Counted from the stretch's first letter, positions 1-11,042 are shown. The stretch: 24,000 bases of DNA from Clostridium disporicum (GCF_001405015.1 NZ_CYZX01000003.1:113137-137136), one strand, 5' to 3'. Program-made: numbers and translations. The notes: a model not told the origin generated them from the sequence alone.

Positions 1-2
1 CG

Positions 3-125
3 AACTTCTACAGACTAGATGCATTTATTAAACTATATAAAGATAGTCTAGAAGAAGACTCTAGTTCTAATAGTACTACTGAAAGTAATACTCAAGAAAC
101 AGAATCAAACAACTTCTTTTATTAG
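3..125 (+). CDS. 3' end of an unidentified plus-strand gene (partial, runs off the window); S/T/E/N-rich C-terminal tail
   Basis: Frame 3 is open from the window edge to TAG at 123-125 (NFYRLDAFIKLYKDSLEEDSSSNSTTESNTQETESNNFFY*). A strong hairpin lies about 55 nt downstream. No recognisable motif. Confidence 0.35.
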   Translation, partial: NFYRLDAFIKLYKDSLEEDSSSNSTTESNTQETESNNFFY

Positions 126-171
126 ATTACTTCAACTTTGAAATTTCTATCTCGTAATATTATATATAATA

Positions 172-207
172 TAAAAATAAGCCGTATTACTAAACTAGTA
201 ATACGGC
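172..207. terminator. Rho-independent terminator hairpin between convergent genes
   Basis: Perfect 12-bp stem gccgtattacta (181-192) / tagtaatacggc (196-207). An A-run lies 5' on the plus strand, which reads as TTATTTTT after the stem on the minus strand. On the plus strand only the weak TTCTCT follows. It therefore fits best as the csp operon terminator and may be bidirectional. Confidence 0.5.
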
Positions 208-470
208 TTCTCTACAACTTGTAGGTATAAGTTTCATATCAAGGAATTTAAGACTTTAAGATGATAGATTCATAACACATATATTACCTATAACTCCTTG
301 TATGTTTATTATTAAATCTAGTACTGAACATGAAAATAAATCTATCTAACGAACCCCGTCTTTTCCCCTACAATATATAATATAATAATTCATTATTTTT
401 GTTACTTCTTTATGATATATTTAAACTTTATAGAGTAACTTTGTATTGTGAAAATTTCATCTAAATAGTT

Positions 471-2246
471 TTATGTCATATTATTAAATATTTTATAAAA
501 ATTAATTATTCCATATCCAAGATGCGAATTAGGATATTTATCTCCTCTTCTTCTTTCAGCCCCTCTCCTAAAAAATGTCTTCATACTCTGTGTATACATA
601 TATGGATAATTGCCATTTACTATCCCCCACTGAAATAATAATACACAAGCTCCTGCTCCAATAGCAGCTGCAAGACTTGTACCATTAATAATCCTTGTAG
701 TATTATTAAGTCCTACCGTTAACGTATTTACTCCTCCTGCGGCAAAGTCTATCTTATCATCCTTATCATCTCTAAATGCTGTACCTGAGTAGCCCAAAAG
801 ATTATTATTATTTTGATTATATGCAGCTACAATTATAACAAAAGATGAGTCTCCTGGAATAGTTATAGTTCCATATGGATCGCTAGGGCTAAATCTTGTA
901 CCTTTCTCCAAAAGCTCTCTCTGCATTGTCCACATATTATATCTTGCATTTGAACCAAGCTTTAATTTTAATACTATACTCCAAATTCCCGGAGTAATAT
1001 TAGAAAAATTAATCATTATAAACTCATCACCACTATATTTTTCTGGAACAAAATAATTTATCATCACTTTTGTATTTTCTATAGTAAATTCATATTTTTC
1101 CTGAAGGTTAAATGATAGCTGAATAATTCCAGTGGCCTCTCCTGATGGAGATATAAGACCAACCTCCATTATATTAGGCAAATCTACCCACACTTCTACA
1201 AAACAGTCTTTCTGATTTTCATCCATTATCAAATCCACTACCTCTTCACCTGATACTTCCTGTATTATCCCTGAAACATGTTCATCTTCAATTCCTTCAT
1301 TACCAGTTCCACTAACTACAGCTATTCCTATGTTTCTAGTTATACTTTCTATATAAGAATCCAAAAGATTTATTCCTTTATGACTTCCAGCATTACTTCC
1401 CAATGGAAGAAGGATTACGACAGGTTTTTGCTGTATTAATAAATATTGATTTAAAAATTCTATTGCTGCGAAAATAACTGATGCATCAAATACTGTTACA
1501 CTTTCATCATACCCATTTCTATATTTAAATCCTATGGATTCAACTAATTTTATTACTACAAATTCACATTCTGGTGCAATACCTTTTATATCTGGATTTT
1601 TCCCTGCTGCACCAACTATTCCCGCCATACTTGTTCCATGTCCATTCATATCTCTGCTTGGAACTATACTATATGGATTTTCTCCATTCCTTTTTGCCTG
1701 TATTGCTCTATTTATATCATCTTTTGTATACACTTCTCCAAAAGGAATCTCTCTATTCTCTTCCTTAATAGAATCAATAGTTTGATCCCATATAAGATTA
1801 ATTCTGGTATTTCCTTCACTATCCATAAACTCTTCATTTAAATAGTCTATACCTGTATCTATTATCCCAACAACTACCCCTTTACCTGTTAAATTCAATT
1901 GCATCTGGTCCTGTAAAAGATTTACTCCTACTGCTTCAATAGCTGATATTTGTTGTAATGAAAACAGTGTTAACGGTTCAAGATATACTATATAAAATTT
2001 ATTACTTACTTCACTTTCATTAATTTTATTTACAATTTCCGTTGCATCAAAGGTATACTCTATATTACTCTGTTCAACAGAAAGTATCGCAAAACTATCA
2101 TTTATTACAGTTATGTGTGTTCCTGAAATCTCTTTTATATTACTTATTTCTCCTTCATATTGAATTACGTAATGTAAATAATTCCTATTGATAAAAATAT
2201 TCTCTTTATATTTAGGATTATAATTATTAATTTTTAAATATTCCAC
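471..2246 (-). CDS. Csp-type subtilisin-like (peptidase S8) spore germination protease, catalytic triad intact
   Basis: Triad motifs GIIDTGIDY (Asp), NGHGTSMAGIVGA (His) and INGTSLAAAIGAGA (Ser). About 590 aa, with an N-terminal YVIQYEGEI prodomain signature typical of clostridial CspA/B/C. GGAGGA RBS lies before the ATG at 2246. Confidence 0.85.
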   Translation of the reverse strand: MEYLKINNYNPKYKENIFINRNYLHYVIQYEGEISNIKEISGTHITVINDSFAILSVEQSNIEYTFDATEIVNKINESEVSNKFYIVYLEPLTLFSLQQISAIEAVGVNLLQDQMQLNLTGKGVVVGIIDTGIDYLNEEFMDSEGNTRINLIWDQTIDSIKEENREIPFGEVYTKDDINRAIQAKRNGENPYSIVPSRDMNGHGTSMAGIVGAAGKNPDIKGIAPECEFVVIKLVESIGFKYRNGYDESVTVFDASVIFAAIEFLNQYLLIQQKPVVILLPLGSNAGSHKGINLLDSYIESITRNIGIAVVSGTGNEGIEDEHVSGIIQEVSGEEVVDLIMDENQKDCFVEVWVDLPNIMEVGLISPSGEATGIIQLSFNLQEKYEFTIENTKVMINYFVPEKYSGDEFIMINFSNITPGIWSIVLKLKLGSNARYNMWTMQRELLEKGTRFSPSDPYGTITIPGDSSFVIIVAAYNQNNNNLLGYSGTAFRDDKDDKIDFAAGGVNTLTVGLNNTTRIINGTSLAAAIGAGACVLLFQWGIVNGNYPYMYTQSMKTFFRRGAERRRGDKYPNSHLGYGIINFYKIFNNMT

Positions 2247-2267
2247 TTAAGGTCCTCCAATTCAATA

Positions 2268-4058
2268 CTATTGTTTTGGAATTCTTACAAATAAATTATT
2301 AATATGATACTCGTCGTATTCATTATCACTAATTCTATAATTTCCAGCTATTATATTAAATACCTCATCTAAATCCATATCACCATATCCATTTTCCTCA
2401 TTTGGGTAAATAAAATTACCTTTTCTTTTTGCTGCATATATTAATAAACTCCTAATTTTAGTAGAATTAATAGCTAAATCATTTTTATCAGTTACTGCCC
2501 ATTGAAGTAAAAGCGCACATACTCCAGCTACGATTGCTGTTGCAGCAGAACTTCCAGTTGTTGAAATGACATTGTTCCCATCTAAATCTATTGTTAATAT
2601 ATTTGTCCCAACCGTTGCTATATCTGGATTGATAAGATAATTTGCATTAAATCCTTTTCCTGATTCTGCTTGAATTCCACCGGTTATATTACTGTAATAC
2701 GCTACTGTTACCACTCTCATAGCAGTAGATGGTATTGTTAATGTATTATATGGACTAGGTTCTAAAAATTTAGTTCCCTCCGGCATCAACATTTTATCAT
2801 TTAACCATATATCATATCTTCCATTGATTATATACTCTCCTTTTAATTTCAGCTTCCATATACCAGCTTTTATACTTTTAAATTTTAGATGATAAACCTG
2901 ATGTCCTGTATAGTTTTCTGGATCATATTCTTCAACCTGAATATTTGTATCTGTTAAATAAAACTTTCTATCATACTTTGCTTGTACTTTTTGTATAAAA
3001 AAGCCTATCTCCTCCCCTGCTGGAGAAATTATGCTTAAAGACATTCTATTTGGCTTCTGAACCCATATATAGAAATTGAAGACTTCGATAGTTCTAGGTA
3101 TATTTATTTCAACGGTATCAATATCTCCTACATTTTTAATATACCTTGTAACATGGCCTTCACTATTCCCCAAATTTCCAGTACCTGCAACAAATATAAT
3201 TCCACTTTTATCAGCTATTGAAGTAATAAATCTTGCTGTAATATTATATCCATCATGACTTCCCTGTGTACTACCAACTCCTAAGTATATAACTATCGGC
3301 CTCTCTAGTTCTTGTGCTCGTTTTTCTAGATAGGCAATAGCTGCTAATACTTCTGAATTATTATAAACAGGAACTATATGAAGATTGTTCCTCTTTAAAA
3401 TTGTCTTATAATTAGGTGATTCAAAAAGTTTTACAACTAAAAAATCACAATCATTGGCTATTCCAACCATTTTTCCGTTATATCCTCTAGCACCAATTAT
3501 CCCTGCCATTTTTGTGCCATGCCCTACTTCATCTTTACTATTTACAAGTGCATATGGATCTTGTCCATTTTTTTGTGCTTTAATTGCATTATTAATTTCT
3601 GCATTGGTAAATTCTCTTCCTATATATACATTCTCTTTTCTATCTGATTGTATACTTTGGTCCCATAAACTAATTATCCTCGAAGTATCATCTTCTCTAA
3701 TAAACTCCTTATTCAAGTAATTAATCCCTGTATCTATTATTCCAACCAAAACTCCTCTTCCATTTAAACCTATATAAGGATTACTTTTAACTTGATATAT
3801 ATTATCAACATCACTTGGTGATATATCTTGAAGTGTATATACGCTTCTAGCCTCAATAAATATTATTGCCGGTACATCTTTTCTTAATCTATCAAGATTT
3901 TCTTCACTTACAGCTACTACTGCTAATGTATCTGTAATAGTATCACCACATGCATAATCTACCTTATCAATTTGTTCCTTAAAATTCCCTCTATATTCCA
4001 CTACATATCCTGGAGCATTTTCATCTAAATAATAGTTACATGTACTATTACTCATCAT
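2268..4058 (-). CDS. Csp-type subtilisin-like (peptidase S8) spore germination protease, catalytic triad intact; paralog of the downstream gene
   Basis: Triad motifs GIIDTGINY (Asp), VGHGTKMAGIIGA (His) and TTGSSAATAIVAGV (Ser). N-terminal YVVEYRGNF prodomain signature. Only 21 nt separate it from the next csp gene, so they form an operon. Confidence 0.85.
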   Translation of the reverse strand: MMSNSTCNYYLDENAPGYVVEYRGNFKEQIDKVDYACGDTITDTLAVVAVSEENLDRLRKDVPAIIFIEARSVYTLQDISPSDVDNIYQVKSNPYIGLNGRGVLVGIIDTGINYLNKEFIREDDTSRIISLWDQSIQSDRKENVYIGREFTNAEINNAIKAQKNGQDPYALVNSKDEVGHGTKMAGIIGARGYNGKMVGIANDCDFLVVKLFESPNYKTILKRNNLHIVPVYNNSEVLAAIAYLEKRAQELERPIVIYLGVGSTQGSHDGYNITARFITSIADKSGIIFVAGTGNLGNSEGHVTRYIKNVGDIDTVEINIPRTIEVFNFYIWVQKPNRMSLSIISPAGEEIGFFIQKVQAKYDRKFYLTDTNIQVEEYDPENYTGHQVYHLKFKSIKAGIWKLKLKGEYIINGRYDIWLNDKMLMPEGTKFLEPSPYNTLTIPSTAMRVVTVAYYSNITGGIQAESGKGFNANYLINPDIATVGTNILTIDLDGNNVISTTGSSAATAIVAGVCALLLQWAVTDKNDLAINSTKIRSLLIYAAKRKGNFIYPNEENGYGDMDLDEVFNIIAGNYRISDNEYDEYHINNLFVRIPKQ

Positions 4059-4229
4059 TTCTCTCCCTACTATTACTTACACTATAAGTTTATGATTTAA
4101 TAAAAAATAATACCCCAACAATTATAAAATCACCTCTATAACTTATAGCTTACTAATAATATGCATATTTTTAGATGCTCCGCTTAAAGAGCATACTATA
4201 ATATTAATAAAAAATTATGGAGTTTCATT

Positions 4230-4276
4230 TACATAAAAAAATAAAAAGTGGATTCTAATTGAATCCACTTTTTTTT
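4230..4276. terminator. Bidirectional rho-independent terminator downstream of the antiporter gene
   Basis: Perfect 10-bp stem aagtggattc (4246-4255) / gaatccactt (4261-4270) with a 5-nt loop. T-runs follow the stem on both strands. Confidence 0.75.
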
Positions 4277-4306
4277 ACTTCTTATTTACTTAACTTATCT
4301 AATTTA

Positions 4307-5539
4307 TTAACTTACTACTTTTGAGTCAGGAATTTGTTTTTCTGATTTAATTTCTCCAGCCATCTTAAATGCTTGCTTTGCTAAAAATACTGCAATAATT
4401 TCATTTATTACTGCCGCTGCTGCAATTGTTCCTTGAATCATAGTTGCATACTCAGGTGCTATTGGTAATAAAGTTGTTACTGCTATTCCTGTAAATAAAA
4501 GTGATACTCCTGAATGAGGAAGTAATGAAAGCCCTAAATACTTACATACATTCTTGTCAGCCTTTGATATTTTACCACCAAGGTATGCACCTAATATTTT
4601 ACCTATAGCACGAGCTATTATATATACAGCAGTAAGTGCTCCAGCTCCTAATATTAGATGATAATCTAGTGGTGCTCCTAATGCTACTATCATAAGCATT
4701 AATGCCACAGCAATAATAGGATTCATAGCTCCCATTATTTCTTTTAATCTCTCTTCTGAAACCATATTTGCAATAACAGCTGAAAATGCTATACCTACTA
4801 ATAATAAATTAATTTCTAATATATTTTGGCTTACAAATCTACCAATCATAGCTGTAACAATTATAAGCAGCATATTCTTTATAATAGTTTCTTTCTTATC
4901 ACAGCTCTTACGTAGAATTTTACCACTTATATATCCAGTTATTCCACCTACTACCATTGGTAAAATTACCATCATTAATATAGGAAGTATTTGGATTCTT
5001 CCACCAGTATACATACTTGAAACTCCACCAATAACTAAAAAGAATACTATTACTGCTAATATGTCATCTAACGCTGCAAGTGGTATTAAAGTTTTTGCAA
5101 CTGGTCCATTTGCCTTGTACTCTCTAACTATCGATAAAGATGGTGCCGGAGCTGTTGCTAATGCAATTCCTCCAAATATTAATGCAATTGACATTGGAAT
5201 ATCTTCAACAAAGAAAAATGCAATTGCTACTATTATAAATGTAATCAACCCTTCAAATATAGTAATAGTTACTATCTGTTTTCCTGACTTTTTAATTTCT
5301 CTCAATATTAATTCCGTACCAATTAACATACCTGCAGTTACTTCTCCAACGTTACTTAAAATATGAAACCAATTTGAGTCTAGCAATCCTTGTGTCATCC
5401 AATTTAATGCGTGAGGTCCTATAATCATACCTGTTAATAACCATCCAAGAATAGATGGTAGTTTAACTTTAGTAACTAGCTTCCCTACAAAAAATGCTAT
5501 TACAACAAATACTGTTAATAAAATAATTCCTTTTATCAT
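4307..5539 (-). CDS. Cation:proton antiporter (Na+/H+ exchanger family) polytopic membrane protein
   Basis: 410 aa, hydrophobic throughout with about 11-12 predicted TM segments and Gly/Ala-rich helices typical of CPA-type exchangers. GGAGGAG RBS. Starts 14 nt after the TetR stop, so they form an operon. Confidence 0.7.
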   Translation of the reverse strand: MIKGIILLTVFVVIAFFVGKLVTKVKLPSILGWLLTGMIIGPHALNWMTQGLLDSNWFHILSNVGEVTAGMLIGTELILREIKKSGKQIVTITIFEGLITFIIVAIAFFFVEDIPMSIALIFGGIALATAPAPSLSIVREYKANGPVAKTLIPLAALDDILAVIVFFLVIGGVSSMYTGGRIQILPILMMVILPMVVGGITGYISGKILRKSCDKKETIIKNMLLIIVTAMIGRFVSQNILEINLLLVGIAFSAVIANMVSEERLKEIMGAMNPIIAVALMLMIVALGAPLDYHLILGAGALTAVYIIARAIGKILGAYLGGKISKADKNVCKYLGLSLLPHSGVSLLFTGIAVTTLLPIAPEYATMIQGTIAAAAVINEIIAVFLAKQAFKMAGEIKSEKQIPDSKVVS

Positions 5540-5553
5540 TTTTACTCCTCCAT

Positions 5554-6162
5554 TTATTTATCTATACCTTCAAAGACCATTTCTATCATTATTTTATGGT
5601 CTTTTCTAAACTCTTCTATTACTGTATCTTTATCTTTATCCCCAATATTTCTCATATGCTTTTCTTCTAACTTTTCACCTATAATCATTATTAACTCAAA
5701 GGCTTTTTCTCTATCAAATTTAGGATTTATATCTATATTTTTAATGATTTTGTATATAAGATTATTATTATACTCTTGAAATTCTTCACTTAATTTAATA
5801 GCTTCCTCAATGTTATAATAAAGTACAGAATTTACTATAAGCATTGAATAAAGGGGGTTCTCCCTAAAGAATTTGAATTTAATATCAAAATATCTGCTTA
5901 TATAATCTATCCCACACTTATCTTTATCATCTATTTCAATATTTACATTTTCTTTAAATCTATCTATAGCAAACTTAAGTGCATGTAAGTAAATTTCTTC
6001 TTTTGATTTAAAATAATAATAAATTAACCCTTTTGATACTTTAGCCTTTTTACAAATACTATTTGTAGATGCTGCCTTATATCCATTTTCAGCAAATTCT
6101 TCTATAGCTGCTTTTATTATTTTATCTTTAACCTCTGCATTTTGAAGTTCTTTATCACTCAT
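5554..6162 (-). CDS. TetR/AcrR family transcriptional regulator
   Basis: N-terminal HTH IIKAAIEEFAENGYKAASTNSICKKAKVSKGLIYYYFKSKEEIY is a textbook TetR_N signature. The 202-aa size is typical. Confidence 0.9.
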   Translation of the reverse strand: MSDKELQNAEVKDKIIKAAIEEFAENGYKAASTNSICKKAKVSKGLIYYYFKSKEEIYLHALKFAIDRFKENVNIEIDDKDKCGIDYISRYFDIKFKFFRENPLYSMLIVNSVLYYNIEEAIKLSEEFQEYNNNLIYKIIKNIDINPKFDREKAFELIMIIGEKLEEKHMRNIGDKDKDTVIEEFRKDHKIMIEMVFEGIDK

Positions 6163-6200
6163 ATCTAAACCCCTTTATATTATTACTTTCATCATTTTAA

Positions 6201-6229
6201 ATAGTACCACCAACTGACCACTTGGTCAA
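6201..6229 (-). promoter_or_regulatory. Putative sigma-A promoter of the tetR-antiporter operon with an overlapping palindromic operator
   Basis: On the minus strand: TTGACC (6229-6224), a 17-nt spacer, then TACTAT (6206-6201). The palindrome TGACCA-ct-TGGTCA (6215-6228) overlaps the -35 box and spacer. It lies about 40-65 nt upstream of the ATG at 6162. Confidence 0.45.
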
Positions 6230-6294
6230 TAATCATCTTGTACCATATTACACTTTATAATTTCAATATGTCCCACATTTAATAGAATTTTCTC

Positions 6295-6330
6295 AAAAAA
6301 ATAAAAGATGTATCAAAATAATACATCTTT
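6295..6330 (-). terminator. Rho-independent terminator of the flavodoxin-like gene pair
   Basis: Perfect 10-bp stem aaagatgtat (6304-6313) / atacatcttt (6321-6330). On the minus strand it is followed by TATTTTTTT. Confidence 0.65.
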
Positions 6331-6380
6331 AAAATATTACTACTATAATATTTAACAGTTTTTTTAATATTATAATCCAA

Positions 6381-7040
6381 TTATTTAATTTTATATGGCT
6401 TCTTGTTAAAACTTGTTATATATACCTTGTTTTTAAATCCTGAACTTATCCATCCAAAGTTTCCTGCTTGCATATAAAGTACCTTATTCATATTCGCTTC
6501 TGCGTACAAATCCTTACCCATAGATTCTCCACTATTTATAACATCAATAAGCTTGTCTAAAACTTCCTTTATCGATGATTTAATCTTAGCCTGCCATGGA
6601 ATACTAGAACTATTTCCAATAAACGGACCTGTTCCAATGCCTATTCCCCCACCATATCTTAATTTTTCTATGTGATTTGTAAAGTTTCTAAGTATCTTAA
6701 GTGCTTGCCTATTCTGTTTACCTTCATAAAAGCCGCAATTAACAATACCGTATATCCTAGAATCACATTTTATATTATTTTCTTTTGTGTATTTTTCAAA
6801 TCCCTCTAAAAATTTAATTACTGTAGATGGAAGACAATCTACATAAAGAGGAAAAGCAATTACTATATTATCGCAATTAGTTAATACATGAAATTTATCT
6901 ACATCTTTTATTCTTTTATCTGCTATAGAAATTTCATAAACATTATTTTCTTTATCAAAGTAACTTTTAACTACTTCCAGTAAGTATTTACTACAAGATT
7001 TTTCTCCTTTAGGACTTCCATTAATCAATACGATATTCAT
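6381..7040 (-). CDS. Flavodoxin-fold NAD(P)H-dependent FMN oxidoreductase-like protein
   Basis: N-terminal MNIVLINGSPKGEKS is typical of FMN-reductase/flavodoxin_2-type proteins. The ATG lies 1 nt after the upstream gene's stop codon. Confidence 0.6.
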   Translation of the reverse strand: MNIVLINGSPKGEKSCSKYLLEVVKSYFDKENNVYEISIADKRIKDVDKFHVLTNCDNIVIAFPLYVDCLPSTVIKFLEGFEKYTKENNIKCDSRIYGIVNCGFYEGKQNRQALKILRNFTNHIEKLRYGGGIGIGTGPFIGNSSSIPWQAKIKSSIKEVLDKLIDVINSGESMGKDLYAEANMNKVLYMQAGNFGWISSGFKNKVYITSFNKKPYKIK

Positions 7041-7041
7041 C

Positions 7042-7611
7042 TTAATTCACCCCACACAAATTATCTAATCTAGTAGTAATTTTATTTTGTATGTTATTAC
7101 TATCTTCAAGGATTAAAAATTCATTTTCTTTACAATGAAAATTAATCATATTTCTATTAAACAATTCTTTAAAAGTACTAGCTTCTCCAGTATATAATTT
7201 AGTAGAATATCCTATTACAAACATCTTAAAATCCTTTTTATATCTTTTTTTATGATGCATCTCTCCATTAGCTAATTGAAAAAACGGTGAAATATTAGGT
7301 ATCATTCTATCAAGAATAACTTTAAATGATGGAGAATACATTCCATACAATATTCTTGAAACTAAAACTATGTAATCACATTCTATAAACAATCTATTCT
7401 TAAGCTCATTATCATCATTTATAATACATTTACCAGGAGTTTTTACCCAACAATTAAAACATCCTACACATGGATTTAAATTCATATCGTCTAAATATAA
7501 AAAATACTTTTCAACCTTACCCTCTACATGATTATCAATTTTTTTTACTATTTCATCTCTCAATTCTTTATCTCTATCATCAGTATCTACTATTATTAAA
7601 ATACTTCTCAT
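7042..7611 (-). CDS. Flavodoxin family protein with a Cys cluster (iron-sulfur flavoprotein-like)
   Basis: ILIIVDTDD start plus the Cys motif CVGCFNCWVKTPGKC. Start moved to the second ATG (7611): GGAGG (7618-7622) abuts the first ATG with zero spacing but lies 6 nt from the second. Confidence 0.6.
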   Translation of the reverse strand: MRSILIIVDTDDRDKELRDEIVKKIDNHVEGKVEKYFLYLDDMNLNPCVGCFNCWVKTPGKCIINDDNELKNRLFIECDYIVLVSRILYGMYSPSFKVILDRMIPNISPFFQLANGEMHHKKRYKKDFKMFVIGYSTKLYTGEASTFKELFNRNMINFHCKENEFLILEDSNNIQNKITTRLDNLCGVN

Positions 7612-7837
7612 AAACATCCTCCAAAACCTATTCTATGTTATTTTTTAACATAACTATAAGTAATTTAGGCTTTACCCCTCCTTTTAACCAAATTATTTAA
7701 TACCCCATCATTTAAATAAGTATAAATTTTGCGCATTATAATAATTATATTTAATATCTACCCTATATAATTCCTATTTTAATAATATTTTTAAATACTT
7801 ATTATGATTAAATTAATATTAGATTAACACTTATATA

Positions 7838-7862
7838 ATAAAAAAGCCAGCAAAGCTGACTT
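7838..7862 (-). terminator. Rho-independent terminator of the GH1 gene
   Basis: On the minus strand the stem AAGTCAGC-ttt-GCTGGCTT contains one G-U pair as RNA and is followed by a T-run. It lies 29 nt after the stop codon. Confidence 0.65.
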
Positions 7863-7890
7863 TTTATTATAATAAATTTTTAATTCTTAA

Positions 7891-9345
<1,455 letters not shown>

Positions 9346-9485
9346 CTAATATAATAAACATTTCATACCTTTACTTACTTTTTATTATATTTCTATAACA
9401 GAAAAAATAATTTCAAATTTTGAAAATATTTAAACTATTTTGCTATTATTTGTTCACTTTACGAAAACTATAGTTCATAAAAAGA

Positions 9486-9531
9486 AAATAAAAAATTCAC
9501 TACCTAACAAGTATAAACTTACTAGGTAGTG
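9486..9531 (-). terminator. Rho-independent terminator of the GntR-ABC operon
   Basis: 9-bp outer stem cactaccta (9498-9506) / taggtagtg (9523-9531) plus inner pairing aagt/actt. On the minus strand it is followed by AATTTTTTATTTT. Confidence 0.6.
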
Positions 9532-9545
9532 TTCCATAAGCTTAT

Positions 9546-10271
9546 TTATTTTACTGTAGCCTTTCTAATCATCTTAAACGAACCAAAAATACATACACCA
9601 AATACTAATATATAAATCAACAACACCAAAAATACCCTATTATCTGTAGATGGTCTAATCTTATCCAAAATAAGAAACCTATCATCTATATTAAACCATA
9701 CTATCCACAATCCTACTGAAAGTACTGACCATATAAGCTGAGTCCTTTCACTAGTTTTTAAATTAATAACACCTATTATTAACCCTATAACAGAAGCTAA
9801 ACTATAAATCATAAATGAAAACAACACTGATCCTATAATTGCATTCAAGCCACCATCCTGCATCCAAATAATTCTTCCTTCTACATCTGTAAACTTTTCA
9901 AAGGTTGTAAAGTAAAGATCATAAAATGTAGGTGCTTTGATAAATAAATTCATTGTTCTATTTATAGCAAAATCTATTACTGCCATAAGCGCTGATATAG
10001 GAAATATAGAAATTATAGTTCCTTTTATAAAAGTACTTCTTGATATATTATTAGCTTGTGCAAACTTAAATTTATTTTTTAATGTATCTGATGCACAAGA
10101 AAGTAAAAATATAAAAGTTAATACGTCCATTATTACCGGTAAAAGAATCTCTCCATATTGCCCTATATTTATAAAAAACATTAGTACTATTGATATTATA
10201 AGATAAAAATATATAATTCTTTTTCTCATGTCTATTATATTAAACTTTGCTACCCTTAAACTTTTATCCAT
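9546..10271 (-). CDS. ABC transporter permease-like membrane protein (paralog 2)
   Basis: About 6 TM segments. Clearly paralogous to the upstream ORF: FAQANNISRSTFIKGTIISIFPISALMAVIDFAINR versus FAQSNNISRKSFIIGVIESIFPIAVVMAVIDVMINR. Operon context with an ABC ATPase. Confidence 0.6.
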   Translation of the reverse strand: MDKSLRVAKFNIIDMRKRIIYFYLIISIVLMFFINIGQYGEILLPVIMDVLTFIFLLSCASDTLKNKFKFAQANNISRSTFIKGTIISIFPISALMAVIDFAINRTMNLFIKAPTFYDLYFTTFEKFTDVEGRIIWMQDGGLNAIIGSVLFSFMIYSLASVIGLIIGVINLKTSERTQLIWSVLSVGLWIVWFNIDDRFLILDKIRPSTDNRVFLVLLIYILVFGVCIFGSFKMIRKATVK

Positions 10272-10274
10272 AGA

Positions 10275-11042
10275 CTATTTCCCCTTAACTTCAGCTTTTT
10301 TAATTAATAAAAATGATATTCCTGTTAATACCATTACAATTAATATTAAACTTAAAAAAGCTAGATAAACATTATTTGTTGCTATTCCAAAAACTTTTCT
10401 TATACCTTCATATACTGAAGGGAAAAAATATCTATTATTTAACTCTATAACTCCAGCTATATTTAACAATGCTATTGGAATTATTGATACTACAACCTTC
10501 ATAATTGTGTTACATCTAAAATATATCATATTTATCACTACACCTAATACATAAGCAAAGCAGTATAACGCTAGCAATAAAAGAAATGTATTTATTATTG
10601 TTAAAAAACTATTACCTTGAATCCATTCATTATATATCCCTACTCTATCAGCTCCAGTTGAAGTATATAATATATCATAAATAGTAGGCATTTGAACAAA
10701 GATATTGGTAATCCTATTTATCATCACATCAATTACAGCCATCACCACAGCTATTGGAAATATTGATTCTATAACACCAATAATAAATGATTTTCTTGAT
10801 ATATTATTACTTTGTGCAAAATAAAAATTTTCTTTAAAAGAATTTAATCCACATACAAAAAGAAATATTACAGTTGCTAGCTCCAATCCTGAATTTACTA
10901 TATGAAAGTTATCATTAAAATTAGTAATATTTTGTATTGTTGTAAAAGTTACTACAGCTATTATAATTAAATAAAATATTATTATAGGCTTTACCATATC
11001 ATTTATATTCATTTTAGCTATTTTAAAGCTCTTATTCACCAT
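10275..11042 (-). CDS. ABC transporter permease-like membrane protein (paralog 1)
   Basis: About 6 TM segments. Its start overlaps the ATPase stop by 11 nt, suggesting translational coupling. Paralogous to 9546..10271. Confidence 0.6.
   Translation of the reverse strand: MVNKSFKIAKMNINDMVKPIIIFYLIIIAVVTFTTIQNITNFNDNFHIVNSGLELATVIFLFVCGLNSFKENFYFAQSNNISRKSFIIGVIESIFPIAVVMAVIDVMINRITNIFVQMPTIYDILYTSTGADRVGIYNEWIQGNSFLTIINTFLLLLALYCFAYVLGVVINMIYFRCNTIMKVVVSIIPIALLNIAGVIELNNRYFFPSVYEGIRKVFGIATNNVYLAFLSLILIVMVLTGISFLLIKKAEVKGK

Noticed and set aside
1534-1841. Short plus-strand ORFs antisense to large minus-strand genes. This covers the three ORFs here and the similar ones at 3076-3258, 3454-3720, 5061-5366, 9109-9311, 9937-10206, 13451-13651, 16904-17089, 18519-18767, 18988-19485, 20107-20352, 21044-21493, 21815-22045, 22151-22339 and 22995-23243.
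   Set aside because: All lie entirely inside well-supported genes on the opposite strand. They have low-complexity, Leu/Ile/Ser/Phe-rich translations typical of shadow ORFs in AT-rich DNA. None has a convincing RBS or any recognisable motif.
4059-4245. A sporulation sigma factor (sigma-E or sigma-K) promoter upstream of the csp operon.
   Set aside because: CATA-type and ATATT-type fragments are present, but none has the correct spacing or complete motifs. Matches of this quality are expected by chance in DNA this AT-rich.
6381-7617. The flavodoxin-like gene pair could be an unusual redox or defence module.
   Set aside because: Both proteins look like ordinary flavodoxin-fold FMN reductase paralogs with their own terminator. 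They have no mobile-element or defence context, so there is nothing beyond routine annotation.
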